A stretch of DNA of 64,000 bases from Nitrososphaerales archaeon (GCA_965197925.1 CBDAOC010000017.1:96001-160000), one strand, 5' to 3'. Positions 42,126-53,287 are shown, counted from the stretch's first letter. Notes: generated by a model from the letters alone, not told the origin. Numbers and translations: made by a program.

Positions 42126-43373
42126 TCATTGAACTCTATAGCGTAGTATTGCAGCAACCTTACCTAGATTTTCCAGTATTTTACCATCTTCCGTTTTTGA
42201 AGAAATGATTTCAATCTTGGATCCCACTTTAAGAGCAAGTTCTTCAATGTAATCCACTACATCCTGCTCCTTAGAATCAAGATCAAGTGATGAACAACTG
42301 GTGCACGCAGTACCAAGCATTTCTTGTTTAGTCTGTATCAATTTATCTCTATCAACCACTTTCTCAGTCTTTGTTTTACATCTTTTACAAATTATCTCAA
42401 GTCTAACTTTTCTCATATTATCTGCAAGGAGGATCATTTCTGCAGCACCACCTTGGAGGATATTGATAACATCGTAGAGACCATAAGCAACAAGCCCCTT
42501 CTCCGAATGCACTTCTGCAAGCAATCTCTGAACAAGTTTTTTTTCTTCTACCAGCCTATATTCATGCAGGACGTCTTGTGCTCTGTCAATAGCCTCTCTA
42601 ATTCCTTCACTCCCAGCATATGATGAGTCTATTACAACTAGAACTTTATTTTGAAGTCTATAATCAAGATATCCATTCTTAAGAAAATCATCCTTCGTGG
42701 GTCCAGGACCAGAAACTATCAGGGCTTCAATTTTATATTCATCAAGAAAGACCGATTTTGCATGTTCAGCTACCCTTGTAAAGTAATCATTTAATTCCAT
42801 TTCTCTCAACCTTTCGAATCTTCTTTGCGATTGACCACCAGCCCTATGTTTTCCTGCAACACCAGAAGATAAATTATCAATTATTTCCAATCTGTCACCA
42901 AGTAAAATCCCAATACCAGATTCAGTGCTGTCGATGGAAAGTATTCCCACAATCTTTTCCTCCCTCAACATGTCCTTTAGTACCTCCGTATGAAAGTGAT
43001 CATCACATCTGTACAGGAATGTTTGTAGTGGTTTCGGAGGAACAACTTCATGCAGGGTAATAACCTCGCTACCAAAACCATTGGTAGGTAAAGCACCACA
43101 AAATACTACAAGACCATTATCTGGAGTAAAATTATAGAGTTTCAACCGCTGCATTGTTCTTGTCAAGGCATCCAATACATGATTCCTTGTGGTATCTGAC
43201 TTTATGTTTGACGCCGTCCCATATTCTTCCCTTAAAGTAGTTATTACCTCATGTATGGCTTTCCTGGGTGGAATATAAAGGGATACAAGCTCCGTGCCCC
43301 TTCCACTTTTATTTGAAAGCTCTTCAAGAACTCGTTTTATTCTATAAAGATGTACAGAATCCGGCTTTCCCAT
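42126..43373 (-). CDS. prf1: Peptide chain release factor aRF1
   Basis: ASNIKS, YRCD, GGQSQRRF. Confidence 0.96.
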   Translation of the reverse strand: MGKPDSVHLYRIKRVLEELSNKSGRGTELVSLYIPPRKAIHEVITTLREEYGTASNIKSDTTRNHVLDALTRTMQRLKLYNFTPDNGLVVFCGALPTNGFGSEVITLHEVVPPKPLQTFLYRCDDHFHTEVLKDMLREEKIVGILSIDSTESGIGILLGDRLEIIDNLSSGVAGKHRAGGQSQRRFERLREMELNDYFTRVAEHAKSVFLDEYKIEALIVSGPGPTKDDFLKNGYLDYRLQNKVLVVIDSSYAGSEGIREAIDRAQDVLHEYRLVEEKKLVQRLLAEVHSEKGLVAYGLYDVINILQGGAAEMILLADNMRKVRLEIICKRCKTKTEKVVDRDKLIQTKQEMLGTACTSCSSLDLDSKEQDVVDYIEELALKVGSKIEIISSKTEDGKILENLGKVAAILRYRVQ

Positions 43374-43437
43374 GCAGTACGCAGATACCAGATCATAATA
43401 TTAAGGTTATATGCAGCTTTGTTGTTTTTCTGTGTAA

Positions 43438-43995
43438 ATGTTGTTACCAAAACTTGAATCCATTAAACAATCAAGAATGAGATTAGCATTAACACAACGA
43501 AAGTTAGCGTCCCTTACAGGTATTAGTACATCAATGATCAACCAAATAGAATCGGGGAGGTGCAAACCAGGTTATGACACAGCACGCAAAATCTTTGAGG
43601 TATTAACTTCATTGGAAGAACGACCTTCATTACATGCAGGGGACATTTGTAGCAAGACCTTGATTCAAATACCAAAATCCGCGTCGTTGCATAATGCCAT
43701 AGGATTAATGCAAGATAACTCCATTAGCCAATTACCTGTTTTCGATGGTTTAAAACTCGTAGGGTTGATCAGCGAGGAGGGTCTAGTAAAGTATATGACA
43801 GAGAAGGAAAAACATGAGCTAAAGAACTTAAAGGTTGAGGATGTGATGGAACCACCTCCCCCGATAATAGATATAATAACTCCGGCAAAGGCGCTGGTTC
43901 CATTGATTCGATTTTCCAATTGTGCATTGGTAAGTGAACGTGGAAACATTTTAGGCATCATTACAGCATCTGATACATTGAAAATGGTGGAATGA
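43438..43995 (+). CDS. XRE-HTH + CBS-pair transcriptional regulator
   Basis: TQRKLASLTGISTSMINQIESG, ISQLPV. Confidence 0.9.
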   Translation: MLLPKLESIKQSRMRLALTQRKLASLTGISTSMINQIESGRCKPGYDTARKIFEVLTSLEERPSLHAGDICSKTLIQIPKSASLHNAIGLMQDNSISQLPVFDGLKLVGLISEEGLVKYMTEKEKHELKNLKVEDVMEPPPPIIDIITPAKALVPLIRFSNCALVSERGNILGIITASDTLKMVE

Positions 43996-44760
43996 GCATT
44001 ATTTTTTATGCCAAACAATTTCACTTGGCCAGCAACATTATATATTTTAGTTACGTAGGTATTATATTCCATTCTACCATTCTCGTGTATATACCCGCAG
44101 AACTGAAATATTTGTTGCTTCATTTTTATAAACTACATTATTTGGGCAGAAACAAGACGCAAGCCTAAATCTATTTCACCCGAACAACACTGCTGTACAA
44201 TGACTCAAAAATACAAACCTTTCCTCCTTCAAGGAATAACTTGGCAAGGTCAAAAACTGCTCCTCACTCAATTCAGAGGGGGTATTAAATGCGCTAATAT
44301 TACCTCCCCATAACCAATGAAAACAAGTCATTGCTCTCATAGTTACCATGTAGGTTAGTCCGTTTCAATTCTTACAAACCAATTTCATACCATCAGGTAT
44401 CTTAAAATTCCCAAAAGTAGCTAATACCCTCACATCAAATTTTCCTATCCGCCTTGCAACATTCGATATTAAACCGTGTGCCGGTTTTATGCCACCACAA
44501 CAAAGGATTAGATCAGCGTACTTCGACATTTGTTTTATCCTCGATATCATTGATTAATCCCCATGAACATCAGAGAATAATATACCTCGTATTTATTGTT
44601 GCATAGTTAACAGGCAAAATAAGCGGCTAGATATTTAATGTTCATAAAATTCTCTAATTATATATTTTTATTTTCTGAATCCTATTAGGTATTAGTTCCC
44701 AAATAATTTTATACTTTTTAAGCAGAGGGAGGCATCACGTCTATGCAGAATAAAATAGTT

Positions 44761-45753
44761 TTACTCTCCTTTGCTCTTCTTCTGTTCTGGGTCTTCTATT
44801 CCCTTTTCTGTTATGGTAAACCGCGTGTCGCCATATGGATGGCATGGTGAATCAAGCATTATTGCAATTCTGTCATGTGATGATTTTCTAAGTAAGATCC
44901 TATATGTAGATGCGTGAGCAAGTACATTACCACCTGCGATCCTTGTAGGGTCTCCAAAGAATGTGTCTGGCTTAGTTTGCACTTGATTTGTTACAATAAT
45001 AGCACAGTTGTAAATTTCTGCGAATCTTAGTAATCTATGGATCATCGCATTTAGCCTCTGCTGCCTTTCTGCAAGAGTTCCCCTTCCAACGAATTCTGCT
45101 CTATGCAACGAGATCAAGCTATCAACAATAATCAGCCTCGAATTGTATTGTTCTATATATTTTCCCAAACCTTTTAGCACAATTTCAAGGTGGTTGCTAT
45201 TGTATATCTTGCAGACAAAGATTTTTTTGAGTAATTCAATTGGGTCCAGATCTCTGCCTTTTGCAATCTGATGGATTCTTTCGGGCCTGAAAGTGTTCTC
45301 AGTATCGATGAATATAACACTAGAATTGAATCCTCCTTGCTCCACAGGAAGCTGTGATGTTACACAAATAGTATGGCAGATCTGCGATTTACCAGAACCA
45401 AATTCTCCCGCGAATTCCGTTATCGCTTGCGTCTCGATCCCCCCTTCGAAAAGAGTATCCAAATTTTTTGAACCTGTAATACATCTTTGTAAATTCTTTC
45501 TTCTTTCCAGTAGCTGCTCCCCAGTAGTAAATTCTTTTTCAAGTAAGCCAGAATCCATTAAAGACCTTTGGGCACACATTACCAGATTTGATATAGTATC
45601 TCTACTCGTGCCAGTCTCGTCTGCTAGTTCTTGTGGAAGAGCTGCAGCTAGATCCAGAATCGTTTCAATTCCAGCCTCTCTTAGCTTTCTAGCGGTGGTT
45701 GGTCCTATTCCTGCCAGATCTTGAATTTGTTGGTCTAAAACGATATCACTCAT
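44761..45753 (-). CDS. radA: RadA/Rad51-family recombinase (full length, HhH N-domain)
   Basis: GIGPTTARKL, GEFGSGKSQ, IIVDS, GRGTLAERQQ, TNQV. Confidence 0.93.
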   Translation of the reverse strand: MSDIVLDQQIQDLAGIGPTTARKLREAGIETILDLAAALPQELADETGTSRDTISNLVMCAQRSLMDSGLLEKEFTTGEQLLERRKNLQRCITGSKNLDTLFEGGIETQAITEFAGEFGSGKSQICHTICVTSQLPVEQGGFNSSVIFIDTENTFRPERIHQIAKGRDLDPIELLKKIFVCKIYNSNHLEIVLKGLGKYIEQYNSRLIIVDSLISLHRAEFVGRGTLAERQQRLNAMIHRLLRFAEIYNCAIIVTNQVQTKPDTFFGDPTRIAGGNVLAHASTYRILLRKSSHDRIAIMLDSPCHPYGDTRFTITEKGIEDPEQKKSKGE

Positions 45754-45824
45754 GTTTATCTATATTGATAGATACTGGCTTGTGATATAAGCAATGATGG
45801 ACCCCAGGGGGAGGGAGGGGGTAA

Positions 45825-46118
45825 CTAGATGTAACCGATCTCCGTGAAAAACTGCATCAGTCTTGAGACGGTGTCGTTTTTCTCGTTTATTTTATAGGTT
45901 TTGTTTGCAGATTCATATTCTACTACCCATCCGATACTGATCAATTTACTAAGATTATCCTTGATGTCCTTCCTCTTTAAACCTGTGTCCTTTTCAATAC
46001 CGTATATTGTATGAAACTTTGTCTTTTCCTTTGCTAGAAACCTTAGAATTTTTATTCTTCCTATTGTGCCCAGACCTAATTCGATCTGTTTAGGGCTTTC
46101 TTCTCTCTCCCAAACCAT
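45825..46118 (-). CDS. Small winged-helix protein
   Basis: RIKILRFL..TIYGIEKDTGLKR..L..L...GWV. Overlaps the cdc6 end. Confidence 0.8.
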   Translation of the reverse strand: MVWEREESPKQIELGLGTIGRIKILRFLAKEKTKFHTIYGIEKDTGLKRKDIKDNLSKLISIGWVVEYESANKTYKINEKNDTVSRLMQFFTEIGYI

Positions 46119-47283
46119 TAGAAACCCTCTTAATTAAAGCATCAACGAATCCTCCAAGATCTTCAACTGCAGCTCCACTAATTCCGATCTCTCTAAGGGA
46201 ATGTATTTCTATTATTCCTCTATCACACAAATCCTGAAGGTAATCTTCAAAATTATTAAACTGTTTCAAGCCCAATTGCTCACAGATCATCCCACAATAA
46301 TTCCTTAGCTCCTTCAAATCAACATATGTTCTGTTCCTAGTTTTCAATGCTTTCGCAACTGCCAGAAGAGTAATCAGATGCTCTCTTTTAGTAAGGTTCA
46401 TTATATCCTCACTTGTAATCGATGGATGCATCTCTGAATAGATCTTCCTAACGTGTTCAGGTAGTACTTTATTATTCGATTGATTTTCAGCAAGATTTCC
46501 CGCAAAAAAGAGAAGATCTAATGCGTATCTAATGTCACTGTTTACTGGATGAGGATAAGTGACATCTGCTACATAATCAATCACTTCTTCGTCAACAACT
46601 CCCAGATTAAATGCTTCATCGGACCGCCTATTCAATATATCACTAATCTGTTCGACATTATACTGATGAAATATTATCGGAAACCTACCAAGGGAGCTCA
46701 ACTCCCCGGCGTCAAGCTTCTTGTGAAAATTCTTGCTTCTTGCAATGAAAATGACGCCGAGTATATTGCAACTTTTACCTGGTTCTATCTCGTTAAGTCT
46801 GGTTAAATCGTATATGATACTTGTATCGTCGGTTCTACCCACAAGATAATCAATTTCATCCATAATAACTATTGAATACTTTTTTTGCTCACGTAGATAT
46901 CGCATAAGAGCCTTTAGCATTTCCTCAGCGCTCAGACCTTGGGAAGGTATCTCGGGAGCTAGCAAATCAAGCAAATGCTTGAAGATTATATGTTTTTTAC
47001 CTCCTTGCAACTTCAGATTGACATAAGAAGGTAAGAGTTCGCACTTGAATTTCTTCGCTTCTTTTTGCAGAAATTCAGCGAATCTTAACACGGTAGATGT
47101 CTTGCCTATGCCTGCATTTCCTATAATCTGAATAACCTGTTGAGGAAAATTCTCGGGATCATCCATAGCAGAATTAAAGATTTGAAGGAGTTCTTTTTTT
47201 TCCTTTTCTCTATGTAGAAGAATGTCTGGAATATACCGGGGGGACAGTTTGTTTATGTCTTTGAAGATTCTGGTTTGTTCCAA
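46090..47283 (-). CDS. cdc6: Cdc6/Orc1-family AAA+ ATPase
   Basis: LSPRYIPDILLHRE, GNAGIGKT, MDEIDYL, DIRYALDLL. Confidence 0.92.
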   Translation of the reverse strand: MEQTRIFKDINKLSPRYIPDILLHREKEKKELLQIFNSAMDDPENFPQQVIQIIGNAGIGKTSTVLRFAEFLQKEAKKFKCELLPSYVNLKLQGGKKHIIFKHLLDLLAPEIPSQGLSAEEMLKALMRYLREQKKYSIVIMDEIDYLVGRTDDTSIIYDLTRLNEIEPGKSCNILGVIFIARSKNFHKKLDAGELSSLGRFPIIFHQYNVEQISDILNRRSDEAFNLGVVDEEVIDYVADVTYPHPVNSDIRYALDLLFFAGNLAENQSNNKVLPEHVRKIYSEMHPSITSEDIMNLTKREHLITLLAVAKALKTRNRTYVDLKELRNYCGMICEQLGLKQFNNFEDYLQDLCDRGIIEIHSLREIGISGAAVEDLGGFVDALIKRVSNGLGERRKP

Positions 47284-47889
47284 TACATGGTTGATTGTGC
47301 ACTTGCTACTTTAATGCTATCCTCACAACAAATTAATTATTTCTAGATACAAATGCTTAAAAAAGGACCCCCCCTCTCCCAAAGGTGCTACATTTCTTAA
47401 ATAAATAATAGTAATAGAACCTATATGAGTCCTTACTTGAATTGGGTTTGGGATGGCGGGGATTTCAGATATCATGAATTTGTTTGCCAATCATATACTC
47501 TTTGTTCCACCTATTGGGAGTATGAGGATAGACATCCTTTACAAATCAAAAATCAATCCGGAGGAATTTTCCCTATTTTACAGATGCAATAAAAGAGGGC
47601 TTGTCCTTCTATAGCATTGATAATGAAAAAGGTAGATTAGGTGAATAGAGATGTTCTGTTATTCTTTAACTGATAAGAAAATTTTCACCAATTTACTTGG
47701 AAGGATTTCAGACCACTGCTAATCAAGGAGTCATGAAGAATGTAAGGAATCTAATTGTATATGCCACTGCCATAATTTATTCTGTGTAAAGTGTGGAAGA
47801 AGGATGATTTACTGCAATAATGTCATAGAATGTGTGAAGTGTGGGTTCATAATTCTATCGGAATTCTAATTCTATCAAGTCGTTGTATT

Positions 47890-48195
47890 TCAAGAGCCTT
47901 TTTTCATTTTGATAATATATTGATTTACTGCCTTTACATGCCTACAATCCTTGTCAAAGTTTTCACTTGATATACATTGGACCCCCCATCCACAAGTGCA
48001 CGTAAGATGCTGCACTTTGTCATTATACCTTACGATATACGTTATATCCTCCTTATTTATGACGTCAAAATCCTTTTTACCTACTCGTTTAACCTTCAGC
48101 ATATCGTAGCGGCAATGAGGATGTTTTATTTTCCAGGAGCGCCTAAATACCCTTTTTCTGTCGAACACTGTGAACTCGCTAGACACTTGAACCAT
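47890..48195 (-). CDS. SWIM zinc-finger protein
   Basis: TCTC...CRHVKAV. Confidence 0.75.
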   Translation of the reverse strand: MVQVSSEFTVFDRKRVFRRSWKIKHPHCRYDMLKVKRVGKKDFDVINKEDITYIVRYNDKVQHLTCTCGWGVQCISSENFDKDCRHVKAVNQYIIKMKKGS

Positions 48196-48473
48196 GATCT
48201 TATGTTGGTCTTATTATTTTAAGCAATTGGATCTCTCTACTATGCTAGAGGTTCAAGCCATGAAGGTACATATATGGAATATAAAAAAAGGATTATTCGT
48301 ATATTGCCTTACCTAGAAAACTCTTTAAGAAGAGAATAAAATATTCTTGATACAGGAATATCAGATCAATATTTTTGCCAGATTTCGCAAGTGAAAAATA
48401 TGAATTAAGAAGGCAAAGAAAAATGAATATTATTCAGTGGCTTCAATAAAAAGAGGCTAAACCCTAAGTAGCT

Positions 48474-49567
48474 GAGGCATGGGCATTATTCCATATAACA
48501 AAAATAACTTGATGCATCTGATTGATTAACTTCCCAACATGTGCTTCAATGCCCTTAATGGTCTTCCTGTCAAGTAGTTGTAGTATACCATCAGCTGGTA
48601 TAGCAATATAGAAATCAGAACGATGCTCCTAGCTTTATCGAACCCTCTAACAGGTAGTGGGTCTATATCAAATACATCCTTTATCTGCTCTATCAATGGT
48701 TCAACGCTTATGCTCCTCCGAGAATATACATGCTGCCCAAATTCCGATTGATAGAACTGCAGCAATGCCAGTCTATTATTATCTGTAGTATGCTTGTACC
48801 TTTCCAATGGGAATACTGGATGCTCTCTATACCTGCTGAAATCACATAACTTGTGATCATCATATCCTTCATCTCCTACAACATACCTTACCATTCCTGT
48901 AGGCAATGAAGATGTTATGCTTTCATACATCTTGTTATCAGTAATGTTAGCTGTTGTGAAATCAGCTGATAATGGAACTATCAACGAATCTGTGCTACAC
49001 GCTAGATGCAGTTTGTATCCTAATATCCATCCCTTGGTTCTGCTGTAGCCCCATCGAGCATCTGTATCTATACCGGAGCGTGGCACTTCATTCTTCTTCA
49101 TGCTAGATTTGTGCCATACATGTCCCTTTGCTTTCAACAATGAACTGTCAACGGATATTATGGCTGGGTCTACCAACCCATCTTTTATGAAGAGCATACC
49201 CATAGCATCCATCCTTGATCTTATGTCAATTGATATGGCCTTGACCTTTCTGTCGAATGTTCTTCTGTCTGGCAACCTATCAAGACCACATGCCTTCATT
49301 ACCTTCCTGTTGTATGGCATGTCTATCAAAAAGTTTCATACAAAGCATTGTTGCCTGGTATTCTTATCCATACTCTAACGATGAAGCATCTCACCATTAC
49401 TGTAGGAGAATAGTAGAATGGTCTACCCCTTTTCCTAAGAGAGGTTTTGGCCGAATCACGTCAATCAAAAATAATATACGAAGAAGTATGGAGTCTGAGC
49501 TAAACATATTACCAATGAAAATTGGAACCTGATCTTATCGTTTCGAACTAAATTACGCCCAAGCCTC
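48474..49567 (-). mobile_element. IS element type C (DDE_Tnp_1 transposase, IS4/IS5-like), 1094 bp
   Basis: Imperfect IRs GAGGCATGGGCAT / ACGCCCAAGCCTC, 8-bp TSD AAGTAGCT. VDSS, DTDARWG, GYKLH and GDEGY motifs. Confidence 0.9.
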
Positions 49568-49768
49568 AAGTAGCTTATAAAGATAAATTGGGGGTTACTA
49601 TTACTACACATTTACAATATCATCCATGATGGAGCCTTGGAACAAATGAGGATGGAATACCTGGTTGTTTGAGAATTGATAGCAAATTATCTTACTTACT
49701 GTATAAGCTGTCTAGGGAGAAAGATTGTAACTTCCACCAAGTATATCATACTTCTGATACTCTCATCT

Positions 49769-50167
49769 TCATTCTTCATGAGGTTCGCAAAGTTCTAAAA
49801 GAACTCCGTGGAGAGATTTTGGGTGGATGAAAGTTATCTTTCTACCATAACTGCCCTGGCGTATTCCTCCCAATATCTTTATACCATTATTTGTAGCAAT
49901 CTCTACGTCTTTTTCTAGATCGTTGGAACTTATGGATATATGATGAATTCCTTCCCCCTTTTCAGTAAGAAACTTCTTGATAGGGCTGTTGTCGTTCATT
50001 GGTTCAATAATTTCTATGGTAGAGTCCTGTAGTTTCAACATCGCAATCTTCACCCCTTCTTGCTCAACTGTCATTAGCTTTTTTTCATCGATCTTCAAAA
50101 CTTTTTCAAATCGTTCAACAGCTTTTTCCAGATTATTAACTACAATTGCCACATGATCTATTCGCAT
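49769..50167 (-). CDS. mce: Methylmalonyl-CoA epimerase
   Basis: IDHVAIVV, GEGIHHI, FIHPKSLHGVLLEL. Confidence 0.92.
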   Translation of the reverse strand: MRIDHVAIVVNNLEKAVERFEKVLKIDEKKLMTVEQEGVKIAMLKLQDSTIEIIEPMNDNSPIKKFLTEKGEGIHHISISSNDLEKDVEIATNNGIKILGGIRQGSYGRKITFIHPKSLHGVLLELCEPHEE

Positions 50168-50178
50168 TGTTTTTCCAC

Positions 50179-51777
50179 CTAGAAACTAATCTTCGGCTGG
50201 TATATACCAAAAACTTTCCTAAATGTGTTGCTTATTTCACCCAATGTAGCATATCCCCTTACTGCATCTATTATGAGAGGCATAAGATTATTGTTGTTAT
50301 CATATTCACCATCGTTTGAAGCTGCTTCCTCAAGTCTGGATAAAACCTGTTCCACCTTTCCGTTGTTCCTAGTCTCTTTTAATTGCTTCAATCTTTTCAC
50401 CTGCCTTCTTTCAATTTCAGGATCCAGCACATGAATCTTGGGCTCATTAGTGTCCTCCTCTATGAACCTGTTGACACCTACAATAATCCTCTTGCCTTCG
50501 TCAACTTCTTTCTTTATCGTATACGCATTATTCCTTATCTCGTCCTGAAAGAATCCCTTCTCGATAGCAACTAGGGAACCGCCCATTCGTTCTATGCGCT
50601 TCAAATACTTATAGACCCCCTCTTCTATTTTTCCCGTTAAAGATTCAACATAATAAGAACCACCAAGAGGATCCACTGTCTTGGTTGCACCACTTTCATG
50701 CGCAAGAATCTGTTGAGTTCTCAGAGCTATCTTTACAGCTTCCTCGGTAGGCAGTGCAAGTGCCTCATCCTTGGAATTGGTATGTAAAGATTGACACCCG
50801 CCGAGTACACCAGCAAGAGCCTGTATTGAAACTCTAATTATATTATTATCTGGTTGTTGTGCAGTAAGAGATTCGCCACTCGTTTGAACATGAAAACGGA
50901 GATGGGCCGACTTATTATTTTTGAAATGGTATTTTTCCTTCATGATTTTAGCCCAGATCATCCTTGCAGCTCTAAACTTAGCAATCTCTTCAAGAAATTC
51001 TATAGTACAGCAGAAAAAGAATGACAATCGTGGTGCAAAATCGTCTACTTTCAAGCCCCTCTCTATACAAGCATCAACATAAGCAATGGCATTTGAAAAT
51101 GTGAAGGCTAATTCTTGAATGGCATTACATCCAGCTTCTCTCATGTGATAGCCTGAAATACTAATAGGATACCACTGGGATACGTTTTTTGAACAATATT
51201 CAACAGAATCAACGAACAGTCTCATTGATGACCGGGGTGGATAGATGTAAGTGTTCCTAGCTATGTACTCCTTCAGTATATCATTTTGCAGTGTTCCACG
51301 TAAAACTCCAGATGAAACACCTTGTGATTCTGCAACCGCTATATAAAAAGACAATAATGTGGTAGCTGTAGAGTTTATTGTCATTGATGTGCTAACCTTA
51401 TCCATTGGAATACCATCAAAGCAAGTCATCATATCCTTAAGCGAACTTATTGCAACACCGGTTCTTCCAACCTCTCCTTCGGCGTGGGGATCATCTGAAT
51501 CATAACCTATCTGTGTTGGAAGATCGAATGCTAAACTCAATCCGGTCTGTCCGTTTTCAAGTAAAAACTTGAATCTATTGTTGGTCTCCTCTGCACTTCC
51601 AAAACCAGTATACTGACGCATCGTCCATAACCTCTCTCTATACATATTTGGATACAGTCCCCTTTTGTATGGATTCTTTCCCGGTTCCGCATTCTTGCTG
51701 TCATACTTTCTAGAATCCTTACCCTTGTAGACTCGTTTTACAGGTATGTTGGAATCAGTTTTGTAGAGCTTTTCCAT
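50179..51777 (-). CDS. mcmA: Methylmalonyl-CoA mutase large (catalytic) subunit
   Basis: WTMRQYTGF, GLSLAFDLPTQ, QNDILKEY, QSLHTNS. Confidence 0.94.
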   Translation of the reverse strand: MEKLYKTDSNIPVKRVYKGKDSRKYDSKNAEPGKNPYKRGLYPNMYRERLWTMRQYTGFGSAEETNNRFKFLLENGQTGLSLAFDLPTQIGYDSDDPHAEGEVGRTGVAISSLKDMMTCFDGIPMDKVSTSMTINSTATTLLSFYIAVAESQGVSSGVLRGTLQNDILKEYIARNTYIYPPRSSMRLFVDSVEYCSKNVSQWYPISISGYHMREAGCNAIQELAFTFSNAIAYVDACIERGLKVDDFAPRLSFFFCCTIEFLEEIAKFRAARMIWAKIMKEKYHFKNNKSAHLRFHVQTSGESLTAQQPDNNIIRVSIQALAGVLGGCQSLHTNSKDEALALPTEEAVKIALRTQQILAHESGATKTVDPLGGSYYVESLTGKIEEGVYKYLKRIERMGGSLVAIEKGFFQDEIRNNAYTIKKEVDEGKRIIVGVNRFIEEDTNEPKIHVLDPEIERRQVKRLKQLKETRNNGKVEQVLSRLEEAASNDGEYDNNNNLMPLIIDAVRGYATLGEISNTFRKVFGIYQPKISF

Positions 51778-51781
51778 ACAA

Positions 51782-52708
51782 TCATCTCAGAATATCATTG
51801 GTAAGTTCCTCCGCTGCTTCATAGGGATCAATCCTTTTCTTCAACAACTTCTCAACATATTCCTTGTACCTATTACTCTTGCTCAATTTTTCAAAAACCT
51901 TTTGTGCCATCAACCTTAAAACCATATCCGCCAATTCAGTCTCAGCCCTTTTACGATTCAATTGCTTATAACTACTATTTCTATCAATAATTAATTTCTC
52001 CATTGCCACTACCAATTCCTTCACACCTTTGCCGGTATGGGCAACGGTTTTGAATACCTTAGGATCTCGCGAAGTGCTTCCAATCAAATCACGTACATCA
52101 TTGAACAATTTATTTGCCCCTGTCAAATCACCCTTGTTTATAACATACACATCACCAACCTCCGTCAACCCTGCCTTTATGGCCTGAATGCTGTCACCTG
52201 TTTGTGGATTGAATATTACTACCGTGATTTCAACAATTTTAGAAATTTCAATATCCAACTGACCTGCACCTACACTCTCTACTATAATAATGTCAAATCC
52301 TGCAGCGTCCAAAACTCGAATACCATTTCTCACCGCATTGGACATCCCTCCCATTGCCCCACGTGAACCCATGCTCCGTATGAAGGTGCCTTTATCGAGG
52401 ACATGTTTCTGCATTCTTACTCTATCACCAAGTATTGCACCTCCAGAGATGGAGCTGGTAGGGTCAATAGCAAGGACAGCGACCTTATATCCATGAGATC
52501 TATATACTGGAATTAGCTTATCAATTAAGGTACTTTTACCTGCCCCAGTTGGTCCAGTAATCCCTATAGTATGAGCATTACCGGTTTTTTGGAAGATTTT
52601 CTTCACCAAAACCCTCGCACCTACGTGATCGTCCTCTATCATTGAAATTGCCTTTGCAACTGCAGATCTCTCGCCTTTGAATAATTGTTCTGCTAACTCT
52701 TTATCCAC
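51782..52708 (-). CDS. meaB: MCM-associated GTPase MeaB/ArgK
   Basis: GPTGAGKS, DPTS..GGAILGDRVRM, ESVGAGQ. Confidence 0.93.
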   Translation of the reverse strand: MDKELAEQLFKGERSAVAKAISMIEDDHVGARVLVKKIFQKTGNAHTIGITGPTGAGKSTLIDKLIPVYRSHGYKVAVLAIDPTSSISGGAILGDRVRMQKHVLDKGTFIRSMGSRGAMGGMSNAVRNGIRVLDAAGFDIIIVESVGAGQLDIEISKIVEITVVIFNPQTGDSIQAIKAGLTEVGDVYVINKGDLTGANKLFNDVRDLIGSTSRDPKVFKTVAHTGKGVKELVVAMEKLIIDRNSSYKQLNRKRAETELADMVLRLMAQKVFEKLSKSNRYKEYVEKLLKKRIDPYEAAEELTNDILR

Positions 52709-52752
52709 ATTCTTGCATTAGGCTTTCCCATTAAAAAGATAATTGTTCTCTA

Positions 52753-52782
52753 AGCTTGAAATAGCTTGAAATAGCTTGAAAT
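52753..52782. repeat. (AGCTTGAAAT)x3 tandem repeat in the meaB/mcmB divergent intergenic region
   Basis: Seen directly in the sequence. Confidence 0.85.
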
Positions 52783-52871
52783 CAAACTCCTGATTGAATG
52801 AACAAACAATTGATAAATAAGGATGAACAAATGCTTAAAGATTTTAAAGCCTTTTCCTATCTAAGAAATCA

Positions 52872-53279
52872 ATGCAACAGCAAAAACCTCTTCGTATATT
52901 AGTAGCAAAACTAGGTCTGGATGGTCATGACCGTGGTGCTCTAGTGTTGTGCAGGGCATTTAGGGATGCTGGGATGGAAGTCATTTATTCTGGATTGTTC
53001 TGTACACCTGAAGAGGTTGCAAATATGGCAATTGATGAAGATGTGAATGCTGTTGCAATGAGCCTGTTGAATGGTGCCCATACGACTATTTTTCCCAAAG
53101 TTGCAAAAATCTTAAGGGAGAAAGGTGTTAGAGGTTTATTATTGGTTGGTGGGGGAATTATTCCTCAGAAGGATAAGGAGATACTCGAAAATGAGGGCAT
53201 AACTGGGAACTTTGGTCCTGGAACTCCTCTACAAGAAATAATAGATCATATAGTAAAGAACACCGAAAAGAAAAAATGA
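52872..53279 (+). CDS. mcmB: Methylmalonyl-CoA mutase small cobalamin-binding subunit
   Basis: KLGLDGHDRG motif. Confidence 0.93.
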   Translation: MQQQKPLRILVAKLGLDGHDRGALVLCRAFRDAGMEVIYSGLFCTPEEVANMAIDEDVNAVAMSLLNGAHTTIFPKVAKILREKGVRGLLLVGGGIIPQKDKEILENEGITGNFGPGTPLQEIIDHIVKNTEKKK

Positions 53280-53287
53280 TTTTATTC

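Noticed and set aside
44365..44550. 61-aa ORF downstream of radA
   Set aside because: No recognisable motif. It may be a fragment, but a call cannot be supported.
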